DNA of 64,000 bases from Candidatus Latescibacterota bacterium (GTDB lineage Bacteria; Latescibacterota; UBA2968; UBA8231), in the NCBI GenBank assembly GCA_965217585.1, contig OZ244561.1, forward strand, positions 3,744,001 to 3,808,000, given 5' to 3'. Position numbers and translations under genes: made by a program. Shown piece by piece: positions 39,262 through 48,969 of this stretch. Under the pieces are notes generated by a model. The model saw only the letters and a program-made list of their open reading frames with translations, was not told the origin of the DNA and made no database searches. Positions within the stretch are counted from its first letter, which is position 1; each line of letters begins with the position of its first letter.

Positions 39262-39689
39262 CAGCCTTCCTCCGGTTGACTATTACCAAGCTCTGGGGAC
39301 AGCCGGTCCGCCGCCCACTGAATTACGGCTTCGGCGATCCCTATCGCATCTCTGTAGTCCTGTTCGGACACAGGCTGTTCGACGCTTGGATAGCGCGTGT
39401 CCACGGCATAGGGAGTGAGTCTCGTAGCGCGACGAACCTCATCCGGGACATTCTCCCCATCTTCTTCGAGTATCGACAGCAAAAGGGCCAAGTCGTGTAC
39501 ATAGGGGAAGTCAATATTGCGAGATATCATCACGGCTTTGATCGCTTTCTCGGCAGCCTGCTGCGTCCCGAAGCACAGGTCTTCCAAGTAGGCATCGGGA
39601 ACGCGATTCCTCGCCATCGCGAGACTGCTTTTGGCGCGGTTCAGCCATTCGCGGGGATCATCCGGCGGAAAGCGTTCAGGCGGCTTCAT
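39261..39689 (-). CDS. HEPN domain protein (MNT-HEPN pair)
   Basis: CFGTQQAAEKAIKA, YVHDL, TRYP; start taken at MKPPERF. Confidence 0.85.
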   Translation of the reverse strand: MKPPERFPPDDPREWLNRAKSSLAMARNRVPDAYLEDLCFGTQQAAEKAIKAVMISRNIDFPYVHDLALLLSILEEDGENVPDEVRRATRLTPYAVDTRYPSVEQPVSEQDYRDAIGIAEAVIQWAADRLSPELGNSQPEEG

Positions 39690-39999
39690 ACACCACTTTT
39701 CCCTCTTGTAGTGCCGGTTTGATGACCAACGCATGGCTATCCTTGTAGCGTTCTACATCTGTCGGCGAGACTAGAATCGCGTCAACCGCGACGCGCACGC
39801 CGTACATCTTCTCGTAAATCTGAGCCCTGAGATTTGCGTCGCCGCCCTCCTTGATGATTAGGAGATCTACATCGCTGTTCCGCGTCATGCCGCCTCGGGC
39901 GGCGGAGCCGAAGAGTATAATCCGCTCCGGCTGCGCGACCTCTACGACACGCCGGATGATGTCATCTAGGGTCTTCTGATCAAGCACTTGTTTTTTCAC
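39676..39999 (-). CDS. Minimal nucleotidyltransferase (MNT) antitoxin
   Basis: LFGSAARG...SDVDLL; GTG start overlaps the upstream stop. Confidence 0.88.
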   Translation of the reverse strand: MKKQVLDQKTLDDIIRRVVEVAQPERIILFGSAARGGMTRNSDVDLLIIKEGGDANLRAQIYEKMYGVRVAVDAILVSPTDVERYKDSHALVIKPALQEGKVVYEAA

Positions 40000-40622
40000 T
40001 GATCTTCTTTCTCGGGCGGAAACCAATTGCTCAGAATACCTTTGAGTTCTATGAACGCTGTATCCGTACATCGACGCAGGGAGACTCTTTCTGCAATCTG
40101 CTGATATAAGGAGGCACTGCGCGGTTTCCGTGCTTCCCGTAAGGCTGCTTCGAAAGCCTCTTTGGGCCGAGCCGGCTTGACCTCACCCGTTTGCAAATAG
40201 TCTTGTTCGATCAACCAAGGTCGAAGCCTAGGATTGCGGTTTTTCCATCCTACTACCTCGTCGATGTGCGGAGAGTCGCTCCAAATCCACACTTCCAGTT
40301 CCGGTACCAGCACGATTGCCCTTGCCCGATTGCCCCATGCCGAACTGGCGAATTCCTCATTGAGACTTTTTTGCAACTCTTGGGGCGCAATCGCCTCCTT
40401 TCCACTTCCTTCATGATCGAATATGAGCAAACCATAACGATACTGTCCCGAGAGATTATCTAGGAAATCAATGCCGCGCAGTGCGCATGCAGGGTCGTGC
40501 TCTGGGTGGACGAAAATATCCTCCTCGACGGTGCGCATGCCCAACGCCTCCGGCCTTGAGAGCATACCTCTCAGCGCGAATTCCAAGTCTTTGTCGGCGG
40601 CGAGAATGACCAGATCCTTCAT
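39996..40622 (-). CDS. MAD4-like protein (putative nuclease partner of a MAD3-type ATPase)
   Basis: MKDLVILAADKD..RPEALG..HPEHDP..FDHEGSG..PELEVWIW..RPKEAFE; recalled similarity to MADS MAD4; ATGA coupling to the ATPase. Confidence 0.65.
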   Translation of the reverse strand: MKDLVILAADKDLEFALRGMLSRPEALGMRTVEEDIFVHPEHDPACALRGIDFLDNLSGQYRYGLLIFDHEGSGKEAIAPQELQKSLNEEFASSAWGNRARAIVLVPELEVWIWSDSPHIDEVVGWKNRNPRLRPWLIEQDYLQTGEVKPARPKEAFEAALREARKPRSASLYQQIAERVSLRRCTDTAFIELKGILSNWFPPEKEDQ

Positions 40623-41878
40623 CCCAAAATCCCCGAGGCGAGGAGCGTGCCGAGATTGGCTTCTCCACGCCACTGCTGCAGTTTGGGATGCTCGGAACCG
40701 AGTACGATGTCCGTCGATCCTGTGCTATCCTTGGCAAAGCACAACAATTCTCCCATCTCGGCGGCGTTCAATACTACTGGCGAATGAGTCGCCAGCAGGA
40801 CCTGGCCATCATACACCGAGGAAAGGGAATCATATACGGCAGCAACGGCGCTAGGATGAATCCCATTCTCCGGCTCTTCAATCAAATAGATCCCTTGGAG
40901 CTCGTCGAGATACGCCGGCAAGGTCAGTGCCGTCAGTCGAAGCGTGCCATCGGATACAAGCCAGGAAGGGACTTGCAGCCCACTCTCGTACTCGTAAACC
41001 ATGTAGCAATGTCTGTCCTCCGGGCGTTCAACGGTAGCGATGTCAACGAGATCGGGGAGCGCCGTCCGCAGGTGGGCAATCCAGTCGCGGTACCGCTCCC
41101 CTTCTTCCTGGCGCAGACGACCGACGACCCAGGGCAGATTTGATCCATCGGGTAAAAAACCTGAAACTCGGGTCGGCGGACTGGGTTGTCTGATCGCGAG
41201 GCTGTTAAGAACAAACTGCTGGACGCCGGTGCTCAAATATCCTCGAAACCAAGTAGCCACAGGAAAGGACTTTGTGTCCGCTGGAAGATTACCGAGAGCA
41301 CAGTTTTTGGAGCCAAGTGAGAACCAGGGAGTTAATTCCCTTTTCTCCTCATAAACGATCTCGGTGAGATAGACGTCATCCTCTCCCGACATCTTTTCGA
41401 CTACAACCATTACTTCGTGTCCGCGGCCAGGAGTCAGCAGTGAATTTGACGCGCTAAAAGGCATCGGGAATGACGAGCGCTGTGCCGAATCCACTTCATT
41501 GGTCTTCTTCAGTAGAAACTTCTCCGCCTTGAACTCAAACTGGCGCTCTGTTTCGTCGAAACCGAGAGCCACTTCGTAGCGCGCGGTGTCCAGCTCTGGT
41601 CTCGCCGTACGCCTGCGCAGCTCATCGGGTATACTGGCCTCGATGGCCAATTCCAACGTATCACCTTGACGCTGAAAGAGAAGTTCTTGCGGGTTGTTGG
41701 TTCGGCGCGACAGCGCCTCATCCAACCCCTCGGATACTAGATCCCGTAGAAAGCCGACGACATCGAGAAAGGTCGATTTACCGGACGCATTCGGTCCGAC
41801 GAGGACGTGAAACGGCCCGAGGGGTCTCGACACGTAGCGTAAGCATCGATAATTCAAGGCTTCAATCAGTGTGACCAT
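40619..41878 (-). CDS. ABC-type ATPase, MAD3-like
   Basis: IEALNYRCLRY, GPNASGKST, VSDGTLRL, IEEPENGIHP, ATHSP. Confidence 0.8.
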   Translation of the reverse strand: MVTLIEALNYRCLRYVSRPLGPFHVLVGPNASGKSTFLDVVGFLRDLVSEGLDEALSRRTNNPQELLFQRQGDTLELAIEASIPDELRRRTARPELDTARYEVALGFDETERQFEFKAEKFLLKKTNEVDSAQRSSFPMPFSASNSLLTPGRGHEVMVVVEKMSGEDDVYLTEIVYEEKRELTPWFSLGSKNCALGNLPADTKSFPVATWFRGYLSTGVQQFVLNSLAIRQPSPPTRVSGFLPDGSNLPWVVGRLRQEEGERYRDWIAHLRTALPDLVDIATVERPEDRHCYMVYEYESGLQVPSWLVSDGTLRLTALTLPAYLDELQGIYLIEEPENGIHPSAVAAVYDSLSSVYDGQVLLATHSPVVLNAAEMGELLCFAKDSTGSTDIVLGSEHPKLQQWRGEANLGTLLASGILG

Positions 41879-41930
41879 CTATCTGCCCTCTCATTTCGAG
41901 AAGTTTTTGAAATTCGCGGACCGGGGCCTT

Positions 41931-42155
41931 TTACGCGAACTCGTACAAAGGCACTGTACTCACTGGTTGGTGCTTATCTTGAAGCAGGGCCTCGATTTTG
42001 CGAACCGTGTCCGGTCTCAGCAGCACATCTCCGCATACGGAACAAATGTCAGCCGGAACGTGGTCAATGACCATTACTTGACCATGGTGCCGTACGGTGT
42101 GCATGACTTTTCCCGCTTCGTATTCTCCTAGACATCCATCAATGCTGCATTTCAT
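41931..42155 (-). CDS. YgiT-type zinc finger protein (MqsA-like antitoxin)
   Basis: MKCSIDGC...VPADICSVCGD; 74 aa. Confidence 0.85.
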   Translation of the reverse strand: MKCSIDGCLGEYEAGKVMHTVRHHGQVMVIDHVPADICSVCGDVLLRPDTVRKIEALLQDKHQPVSTVPLYEFA

Positions 42156-42211
42156 GGCGATTGTCTCCTCTGAGTCGGAGTAATCCATTTGGGCGATTTG
42201 GGTTCGTAAAC
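42152..42211 (-). pseudogene. 3' remnant of a DUF4258-type toxin gene cut by the IS
   Basis: Reads VYEPKSPKWITPTQRRQSP*, stop overlapping the YgiT ATG; begins exactly at the IS end. Confidence 0.6.
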
Positions 42212-43389
42212 GGCTTTGTTGCATGAAACCAGGTCGGCTGTGTTGGCCTCTTGGTTTTTTGGTTTACGCTTTTTTTGTGATCGGATAGGACTCGGGTTTG
42301 GCCAACGCGAGCAGTCGGTTAAGTACCGCACAACCCAACCGTGTTTCGGTCTGTTGGTGGGGTAAGGTTCGGGCGCGTAAGGTATCGCCGAGTATCTGTT
42401 TATAGCGGCCTATCTGCGTTTCGGCGATCGAGCGGCGATGATAGCCGCTGTCGTTTTTCCAGGTTCGACGGCCCCGTTGGCGGATCGCTCGAATCGTCTC
42501 ATCGCGGGGTAACGGCTCGGCGTGAGTGTTGCCATGTTGCTCGATTTTGGCGTCCTTGCGCGGCGGAATGATCGGGCGAATAGGCCGGCCTTGATCGGGC
42601 GCGGCCAACGCGTCGAAGACCTTGCGCTTATCATAGGCTCCATCGCCACCCAACGCGACCACGGACGCTTCGACTTGCTGCAGCAACGGCTCCACCTGCG
42701 AGGCATCATCTCGGCGGTTGGTGGTCAAGGTCTGTGCGACGATTTCGCCGGTAGCCTCGTTGACCCCTAGGTGCAATTTGCGCCATGCGCGCCGCTTCGT
42801 CCAACCGTGCTGACGCACCTTCCACTCGCCTTCCCCATACACTTTCAGCCCCGTCGAGTCAACCACCAAGTGCAGGGGTTGGTCGGTACGCTGGGGCGGT
42901 AGATCCACCGCCAAATCCGCCTGACGGCGAGACCAGGTCGTGTGATCGGGCCCCTGTAGATCCAGTCCCATCAAGGCCAAGATGGAGCTGACAAAGCCCT
43001 CGGTTTGGCGCAGCGGCAAATGATAGAGCATCCGTAGCGTCAACGCCGTTTGGATGGCTCCATCCGAAAAGGTGTATTGCGCTCCCCGCTGGGAGGGCCC
43101 TTGATAATACCAAGCTTGAACCGCTTGGGGGCTAAACCACACCGTCAGACTCCCCCGCTGTTTAAGGCCGGCCTCGTAGGCAGACCCATTACGCACCCGG
43201 TATACGACCTTCGGGCGACCGCGAGCAAACTTGACCGGGGAGGAAGAAGACGATACCTTGGGCATGACAGGTTCCTTGGACGAGAAAGCATGGATTTTTT
43301 GCCAAAAAGGTCCTGCCCAAACTACTAAGGAACCTGTCTTTATTCAACCAATGAACACAAGAAAAACCGACGATTCATGCACCAAAGCC
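42212..43389 (-). mobile_element. IS5 family (IS903 group) insertion sequence, 1178 bp
   Basis: Terminal inverted repeats GGCTTTGTTGCATGAA (42212-42227) and TTCATGCACCAAAGCC (43374-43389), 15/16 match; no flanking direct repeat. Confidence 0.9.
42264..43265 (-). CDS. IS5 family DDE transposase
   Basis: RGSLTVW, LRQTEGF, VDSTGLKVYGEGEW, WRKLHL, DGAYD, GYHRRSIAET. Confidence 0.95.
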   Translation of the reverse strand: MPKVSSSSSPVKFARGRPKVVYRVRNGSAYEAGLKQRGSLTVWFSPQAVQAWYYQGPSQRGAQYTFSDGAIQTALTLRMLYHLPLRQTEGFVSSILALMGLDLQGPDHTTWSRRQADLAVDLPPQRTDQPLHLVVDSTGLKVYGEGEWKVRQHGWTKRRAWRKLHLGVNEATGEIVAQTLTTNRRDDASQVEPLLQQVEASVVALGGDGAYDKRKVFDALAAPDQGRPIRPIIPPRKDAKIEQHGNTHAEPLPRDETIRAIRQRGRRTWKNDSGYHRRSIAETQIGRYKQILGDTLRARTLPHQQTETRLGCAVLNRLLALAKPESYPITKKA

Positions 43390-43964
43390 GTCTTGTATTA
43401 TCCGAGGCAATCGTGTCATACCCGGCCTTAATGCGTGGCAGTTTGATCCAGCGCGGATACCCGGCCCCGTCTTTGGGGTTGATCATGCGCACATGTAGCT
43501 GGAATTTGCCCTTCGTCACTCCCTCGGCTCGCTTCTTGGGATCCAAGGACATCGAATCATAAATACGCCCGCACACTGCCGAATACCTCCGGCAGCGTAT
43601 CGCGATTGGTCATCCGATTGCCCACCGTAACCGTGTCACCCACAAGAGCCAAATTTCGCAGGCTGTCGTAGCCACCGTTGAACAGCCGCTCAAAGTCGCG
43701 CCGCGTGTACCGATCTCTCACATCCTGCCCCGGATTGGTGCCGTAGGGTAGGTCGTGTTCGTGATAGTCGTAAGCGGTCTCAGACGCTTGCGTCGTCGCA
43801 TCGTCAAAGGTGACCAGCACCACATCCAGCGTACAGGCCTCGGCCTGTGCGGCCGGGTCGGGGTTGTTGGCGTGTGGCCACGTCGAAAGCGAACCGCGCC
43901 CATAGGCTCCACTTTCCCACAGTACGGAGATTAACAGGATTAAAAGAAACGCTGGTGCCCTCAT
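43390..43964 (-). pseudogene. Secreted protein resembling the N-terminus of an M6 (InhA) metalloprotease; frameshifted near 43560 and cut by the IS (cassette copy 2, gene B)
   Basis: Signal peptide, VVLVTFDD, FERLFNG, GSVRAY then out-of-frame YDSMS..GKFQL; no HExxH present. Confidence 0.55.
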
Positions 43965-44764
43965 TGGTCTCTCCTTTCTCCCGCCAACAACGACTGCTTG
44001 ATCTGACCCCAAGAAGAGGACGACGTACTCGTGGAAATTAAGACGGCGTCCAAATACTCTACCTGAGTACCTCCGATAACTGCACGGAGAGCCTTTACAC
44101 GGTTGCCGAAGACGCGGTGATCTTCCCCGAAAATCGACCAAGCGCATATGCTGCAACCGTAACCCGCACGAAAGCTACACGACCTACTCCCTTCACCGTT
44201 GCCCAAAAATCGGAACGAATACGACGGTGCATACAACGGTGAATCTAGGTATGCTTCCACCTTCACTTGGTTGTCCCCTTCTTCAGTTGGGATCGCGTAT
44301 TTCGTCTCATATAGATTCATCTCTCCATAGGCTGGGTCCGAAAGGGGGGTATAGTCCTCGGAGGTACCGTCGAAGCGAAAGATGGCTTGCTCGCCATCGG
44401 CAGTGCGCTCCATGAGGCGAGTGCCTTGCCAGCGCAGCTTCTTGCTGGCAATAAAATGCGGTGGTGCTGGTGGCCAGTTGGCCGGCATGTCGCTGAGTAC
44501 GTAATACGTCTTGCCGTCTATGACCTCCGTCCGATTCACCGTAATCGTGAATTGAGGAAATTCTTGGTCCATATACGCCGACCATTGAATTTTATCTCCA
44601 TAACGCCCGTCAATGTCGTAGAGTACATGTCTGTACGTCCACGAGTTACCCACGGCCAGCGGCAGATAGTCCGACGCTTGGTAGTCCGTGGCTGCGGCCG
44701 GCAGCACCCCGCTCAGGCTGAGTAGCGCCGCCAAGATCAAGCGAATCCTCTTCTTCGTTTCCAT
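43961..44764 (-). CDS. Secreted hypothetical protein with SWGQIK tail (cassette copy 2, gene A)
   Basis: Signal peptide, DYLPLAVGNSWTY, EVIDGKTYY; ends STSTSSSSWGQIKQSLL... Confidence 0.75.
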   Translation of the reverse strand: METKKRIRLILAALLSLSGVLPAAATDYQASDYLPLAVGNSWTYRHVLYDIDGRYGDKIQWSAYMDQEFPQFTITVNRTEVIDGKTYYVLSDMPANWPPAPPHFIASKKLRWQGTRLMERTADGEQAIFRFDGTSEDYTPLSDPAYGEMNLYETKYAIPTEEGDNQVKVEAYLDSPLYAPSYSFRFLGNGEGSRSCSFRAGYGCSICAWSIFGEDHRVFGNRVKALRAVIGGTQVEYLDAVLISTSTSSSSWGQIKQSLLAGERRDQ

Positions 44765-44841
44765 GATACGTCTCCTTCTTGAGAGATGAGATATCCGTTC
44801 CAGCGGCCAGACGCCGACCAGATACGGAATGTGAATGGTAC

Positions 44842-45165
44842 TTACGCCCGCAGGCTACCGTAGCCGCCGCTGAACAGCCGCTCGAACTCGCGCAGGGTGT
44901 AACTGGAATCAGGATCAGGATACGTCCCGTCGTCATTGGAGCCGTGGGGCCGATCGTGGTTGTGATAGTCGTAAGCGGTCCCGGACTCTGGCGTCGTCGC
45001 ATTGAGAAAGGTAACCAGCACCACATCCAGCGTACAGGCCTCGGCCTGTGCGGCTCGGTTGGGGTGGTTGGTGTGTGGCCACGTCGAAAGCGAACCGCGC
45101 CCATAGGCTCCACTCTCCCACAGTACGGAGATTAACAGGAGCAAAAGAAACGCCGGTATCCTCAT
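44842..45165 (-). pseudogene. Truncated paralog of gene B (cassette copy 1)
   Basis: Near-identical N-terminus to 43964; stops at GSLRA*. Confidence 0.6.
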
Positions 45166-45908
45166 TGGCCTCTCCCTTCTCCCGCCAACCACGACTGCTT
45201 CATTTCGCCCCAAGACGAGGACGACGTACTCGTGGGGGTTAAGGCATCCGAAAACTCTACCGAACGACCTCCGATAACTGCACGGAGGGCCTTTACATCG
45301 TTTTCAAAGAGGGGGTGATCGGTTCCGAAAATTGTCCGCAGACACCATTGGATGCCATAGCCGGCAACGAATCGAATCCCTCCGCCCCCTTCTTCAAATC
45401 CGCGGAAATCGAAGGCATACTTGGGCACAGGTTCGAAAATTACTTTCACCGCGAACTGATTGGCTCCCTCGTCGGTCGAGACCGCGTAGCCGGCTTCGTT
45501 GGCCCCGTCGAAGCGATATATGGCCTCCTCACCATTGGCGGTGCGTTCCATCAGATGCGTACCCTCCCAGCGCAGCTTCTTGCCGGCGATAAAATGCGGC
45601 GGGGCCGGCGGCCAATTGGTAGGCATGTCGCTGAGCACGTAATACGTCTTGCCGTCAATGACCTCCGTCCGCTCCACCGTGATGGTGAATCGGCGTGGGT
45701 CATGGACTTGAGCCATGTACGTGGACCATTGACTTTTATCGCCATAACGCCTTTCGATGTCATAAAACTCATGCTTGTACGTCCACGAATTACCCACGGC
45801 CAGCGGCAGATAGTCCGATGCCTCATAATCCGTGGCGGCGACCGGCAGCACCCAACTCAGGCTGAGCAGCGCCGCCAAGATCAAGCGAATCCTCTTCTTC
45901 GTTTCCAT
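45162..45908 (-). CDS. Secreted hypothetical protein with SWGEMK tail (cassette copy 1, gene A)
   Basis: Start METKKRIR at 45908 after AAGGAG; paralog of 43961..44764. Confidence 0.75.
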   Translation of the reverse strand: METKKRIRLILAALLSLSWVLPVAATDYEASDYLPLAVGNSWTYKHEFYDIERRYGDKSQWSTYMAQVHDPRRFTITVERTEVIDGKTYYVLSDMPTNWPPAPPHFIAGKKLRWEGTHLMERTANGEEAIYRFDGANEAGYAVSTDEGANQFAVKVIFEPVPKYAFDFRGFEEGGGGIRFVAGYGIQWCLRTIFGTDHPLFENDVKALRAVIGGRSVEFSDALTPTSTSSSSWGEMKQSWLAGEGRGQ

Positions 45909-46093
45909 GATACGTCTCCTTCTTGAGAGATGAGATATCCGTTCCAGCGGCCAGACGCCGACCCGATACGGAATGTGAATGTTGCTCAACGACCAATATG
46001 CCCAGTGCGGCCTCCTATGCCGCAGCAATCGCCCCGTCCATAGGATGCCCACCAACCGCAGGATCGGCATCAGAGAAATCAGGGTCATACCAA

Positions 46094-47272
46094 TCATGGT
46101 TGTCTCCTTATTGAATGGGGCTCATCCGGCCTGGACGCGGATTCAAGGGCCGTAGGCAGCTCAGACCGAGGCCACCGGTACAGCCCCTCGTATGAGGGAA
46201 TCCACAGATCACCCCGGCTATCGACGACCGGCGCACCAATGGCCCTGAACTCCTCATACGGGAACCCAATCCAAACGGCCCCCTCCAGTACGCCCAAAGA
46301 GCTATCTTCTACCCCTACATCCTCCGCCACCCCACAAAACTCATCCCAGCCTGCCTCGTCGCCGGTGCCAACCCGGTCGTAGCGCCTCCACGTCGAGCAG
46401 TCCGTCCACAGCCTTGTGGACGCACCCTCCTGGACATACAACCCTTCCCCACAATCCACCCACACCCGCCCCTCCCGATCCGCCAAGAGCATCCGGACGG
46501 CGAGCCGATACCACGTCCACTGCGTCCCATCAAAGGTCAGCAGCCGCGTCCAGGTCTTTTCTAGACCTCCCACCTCATCGAGGACTTGCCAAAAAGTAGC
46601 CATCGCCCACAGCGTGCCGGAGCGATCCACCGCGATCTCGGCAATGTGGAGGTTGTCGAAGCGATCTTCGCTCGCATCCGTCCCTATATCGTCGAGGTCG
46701 TAGGTCCACCAATCCTGCCCGTCAAAGCGCGCCAACAGGTCCCCGCCACCGCTGCCGGTACACCACACCTCCCCGTTGGGCGCGACGGCGTGGTGGTACC
46801 CCCGCTCTGCAAACTGGTAGCGAGTCCAGCGCTGGCCATCAAAGCGGCTCAGACCCGCCTCCGTCGCCACCCACACGTTGCCCGACCTGTCGGCTGCCAA
46901 GTCCCAAATCTTGCCGGCATAGCTCGTCGCCGCGTGCCCACCAGCCCCGGCACGAACCTCCGCCTCCACCTCCGGCAGCCAAAGGCCCATGCCCGTGCCG
47001 GTCACCGTCGAGACCGGGGCCTCCACCCGCCTAGGCCGCCCCACCTCCACCACCATCGGCGTCTCGAGCGTGCGCTGCTGCCGGCCGTCCAGCGTGTACA
47101 GGGTCACCGACCGGGGTCCTCGCCCGGCCAACCCCGCAGGCAACGGCAACACCATCACCGGCCAGCCCCTAGGCAGCCGGACGAGCTTGGGGGGCAACCG
47201 GACCGGATCGGCGGCGTTGCGTTCACCGATCAGGCGATCGGCGTCCAATTGTTGCTCCATGAGTAATGTCAT
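46094..47272 (-). CDS. Two-component-regulator-type beta-propeller protein, probably partly decayed
   Basis: Repeats DRSGNVWVATEAGLSRFDG, VDRSGTLW, VDSRGDLWI; RBS AAGGAGG before ATG 47272. Confidence 0.6.
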   Translation of the reverse strand: MTLLMEQQLDADRLIGERNAADPVRLPPKLVRLPRGWPVMVLPLPAGLAGRGPRSVTLYTLDGRQQRTLETPMVVEVGRPRRVEAPVSTVTGTGMGLWLPEVEAEVRAGAGGHAATSYAGKIWDLAADRSGNVWVATEAGLSRFDGQRWTRYQFAERGYHHAVAPNGEVWCTGSGGGDLLARFDGQDWWTYDLDDIGTDASEDRFDNLHIAEIAVDRSGTLWAMATFWQVLDEVGGLEKTWTRLLTFDGTQWTWYRLAVRMLLADREGRVWVDCGEGLYVQEGASTRLWTDCSTWRRYDRVGTGDEAGWDEFCGVAEDVGVEDSSLGVLEGAVWIGFPYEEFRAIGAPVVDSRGDLWIPSYEGLYRWPRSELPTALESASRPDEPHSIRRQP

Positions 47273-47325
47273 CTCGTGCGGCCTCCTTGTCCGCATCGGT
47301 TTCAACTGCGCTGGCATGATCTATA

Positions 47326-47342
47326 TGCACATTCCGTGCCAA
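47326..47342 (-). promoter_or_regulatory. Putative sigma54 (-24/-12) promoter
   Basis: Minus strand TTGGCACGGAATGTGCA versus consensus YTGGCACG-N4-TTGCW. Confidence 0.65.
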
Positions 47343-47428
47343 CGAGCAGACCGCGCACAAAAAAATCCTTCAGGAAGGCCCTAAAGGATTGAAAAACATG
47401 GACTTTAAAATTGTAGGAGGGGCTTTTT

Positions 47429-48075
47429 CTACGCTTCGCCGCTCAGCCCTTGTTGTCCGGCGGGCAGACCACCGCAATTGACGGGGATGAAGGCTTGCTC
47501 GCGGCGCAGGCTCATCTTGTGGAGAGTCTGGGCGAGCAAGCCCTTGCCCACGCCGGTCTCGCCCAACACCAGCACCCTCGTATCCGTCTCGGCTACTTGC
47601 TCCACCTGTTTCAGGAGCCGGGCCATGACCGGATTTTGGCTGAGTATATTCGGAGTCCGTCGCTTGTCTGGGTCGTCGGCGACCACCCGCACCTCCAAGC
47701 TGAGGACCCCTCGGCGCAGCGTCGCCAGCCACGTCGTCCCCGCCGCGTCAGTCGCCATGTCGTACACCGGCCCTATAGGCTGCCCTCCAATGGCCGTCGT
47801 GGACTCTACGCACCGATCCCCAACAAACCTGCCAACCCCCTTGCCGGTCAGGACCCGCATCGTGCCATCCGGCTGCTGTTGCAAGCCCAAGATGTCGTTG
47901 GAGGGCAGGCCGTCCTCGATGGTATATACCCGAAAACTCTGTCCGTCGTAGGCGGCCAGCCCACCGCCGAGCGTCCCAAAGAGCAACCGCCCATCCGCGG
48001 ATGCCCTAGCACATGGTCAAAGGATTTTATTTGCCTTGGGGTTTGTGCGACTTCGATCATCTCGTCCATCCCCAC
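47429..48075 (-). pseudogene. Deleted remnant of a beta-propeller / sigma54-activator (bEBP) fusion gene
   Basis: Propeller motifs (YTIEDGLPSNDI) joined to VLVLGETGVGKGLLA...FIPVNCGG, ending before GAFTGA; 5' part frameshifted. Confidence 0.7.
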
Positions 48076-48235
48076 CCAGTTCTAAGTTTGATGCACTGGC
48101 ATTACGCAGTGGCTATATATCTTGGCGTTCAAGCTCCCTCTCCTTTTGACCGCGCCTAAACACGATTGCACTCGATGATGGAAATATATGACTTTAATTT
48201 CTCTCGCTGTCAAAGTGCCCAGCGCCGATCAGCTA

Positions 48236-48865
48236 CTACACCCGCTCGGCCTGGGGTTCGGCCCGACCATGAGTATGGTCCCACAAATGCCCCCGCCGCT
48301 TCTGGCCTTCTAGGGTCGTTTCAAAGTACACCCCCCGCAGCGGCTCATGCACCAACGGCATATCGTGATGGTGCCCCATGCCCGTGGCAAGGCAGTCTCC
48401 CGGCTTCATTTCGTACGGCTTGCCCTCGGAAACGGCGCGGGCCTGACCCTCGAGGATGACCCAATACTCGTCGCAGTCGTGAAAGTGGCAATCGAAATTG
48501 GTCCATTTCTCGTACGGGACCGGGTCGCCCTTATCCTCGGGCTGAGGGCTATTGTCCATGTTAAAGATGCCCGAGCCGCCCGTCTCCGCTCCCCAGCATC
48601 CGCAAAAGCGCACCAGCGTGGCCGCCTCTTCTACCTCCAGTACCTCAAAAGAACCCGCACCGACCAAATCCAGATTGGCACCCGTGGCGGCTTCGACCTC
48701 TTCGGCACCCACCCGCAGTCGACAGCGCCCAGCTCCCACGATCAGCTTCTCCACCTTGCCACGGCGCGCAAAGCCGTGTTCATCGCCTGCGTTGAGCCGC
48801 ACGATCTCAAAGTGTTCCAACTCGCACCAATCGGGGTACTGGTCTTCACTTCTGAACATCGGCAT
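48236..48865 (-). CDS. Cupin domain protein
   Basis: HFHDCDEYW...GDCLATGMGHHHD cupin motifs. Confidence 0.75.
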   Translation of the reverse strand: MPMFRSEDQYPDWCELEHFEIVRLNAGDEHGFARRGKVEKLIVGAGRCRLRVGAEEVEAATGANLDLVGAGSFEVLEVEEAATLVRFCGCWGAETGGSGIFNMDNSPQPEDKGDPVPYEKWTNFDCHFHDCDEYWVILEGQARAVSEGKPYEMKPGDCLATGMGHHHDMPLVHEPLRGVYFETTLEGQKRRGHLWDHTHGRAEPQAERV

Positions 48866-48969
48866 AACATTTCTCCCTTCTCTCAGTTTTTAAAAGGTTT
48901 TAGAATATTAGGTGTCTGACGTTACCTAGCAGATTCGCATAAATCAACTGACACTGGGATGCACAAACC

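Larger units (their letters stand above)
43670..45981 (-). repeat. Diverged tandem duplication of a cassette of about 1.15 kb (leader + gene A + 5' part of gene B)
   Basis: Near-identical leaders at 44765-44837 and 45909-45981 (offset 1144 bp); paralogous ORFs. Confidence 0.85.

Noticed and set aside
39996-41878. Complete MADS defence system
   Set aside because: Only MAD3/MAD4-like genes are present; no methyltransferase, specificity or kinase genes are in the window.
43390-45981. Diversity-generating retroelement template/variable repeat pair
   Set aside because: No reverse transcriptase is in the window, and the differences include indels and do not appear adenine-specific.
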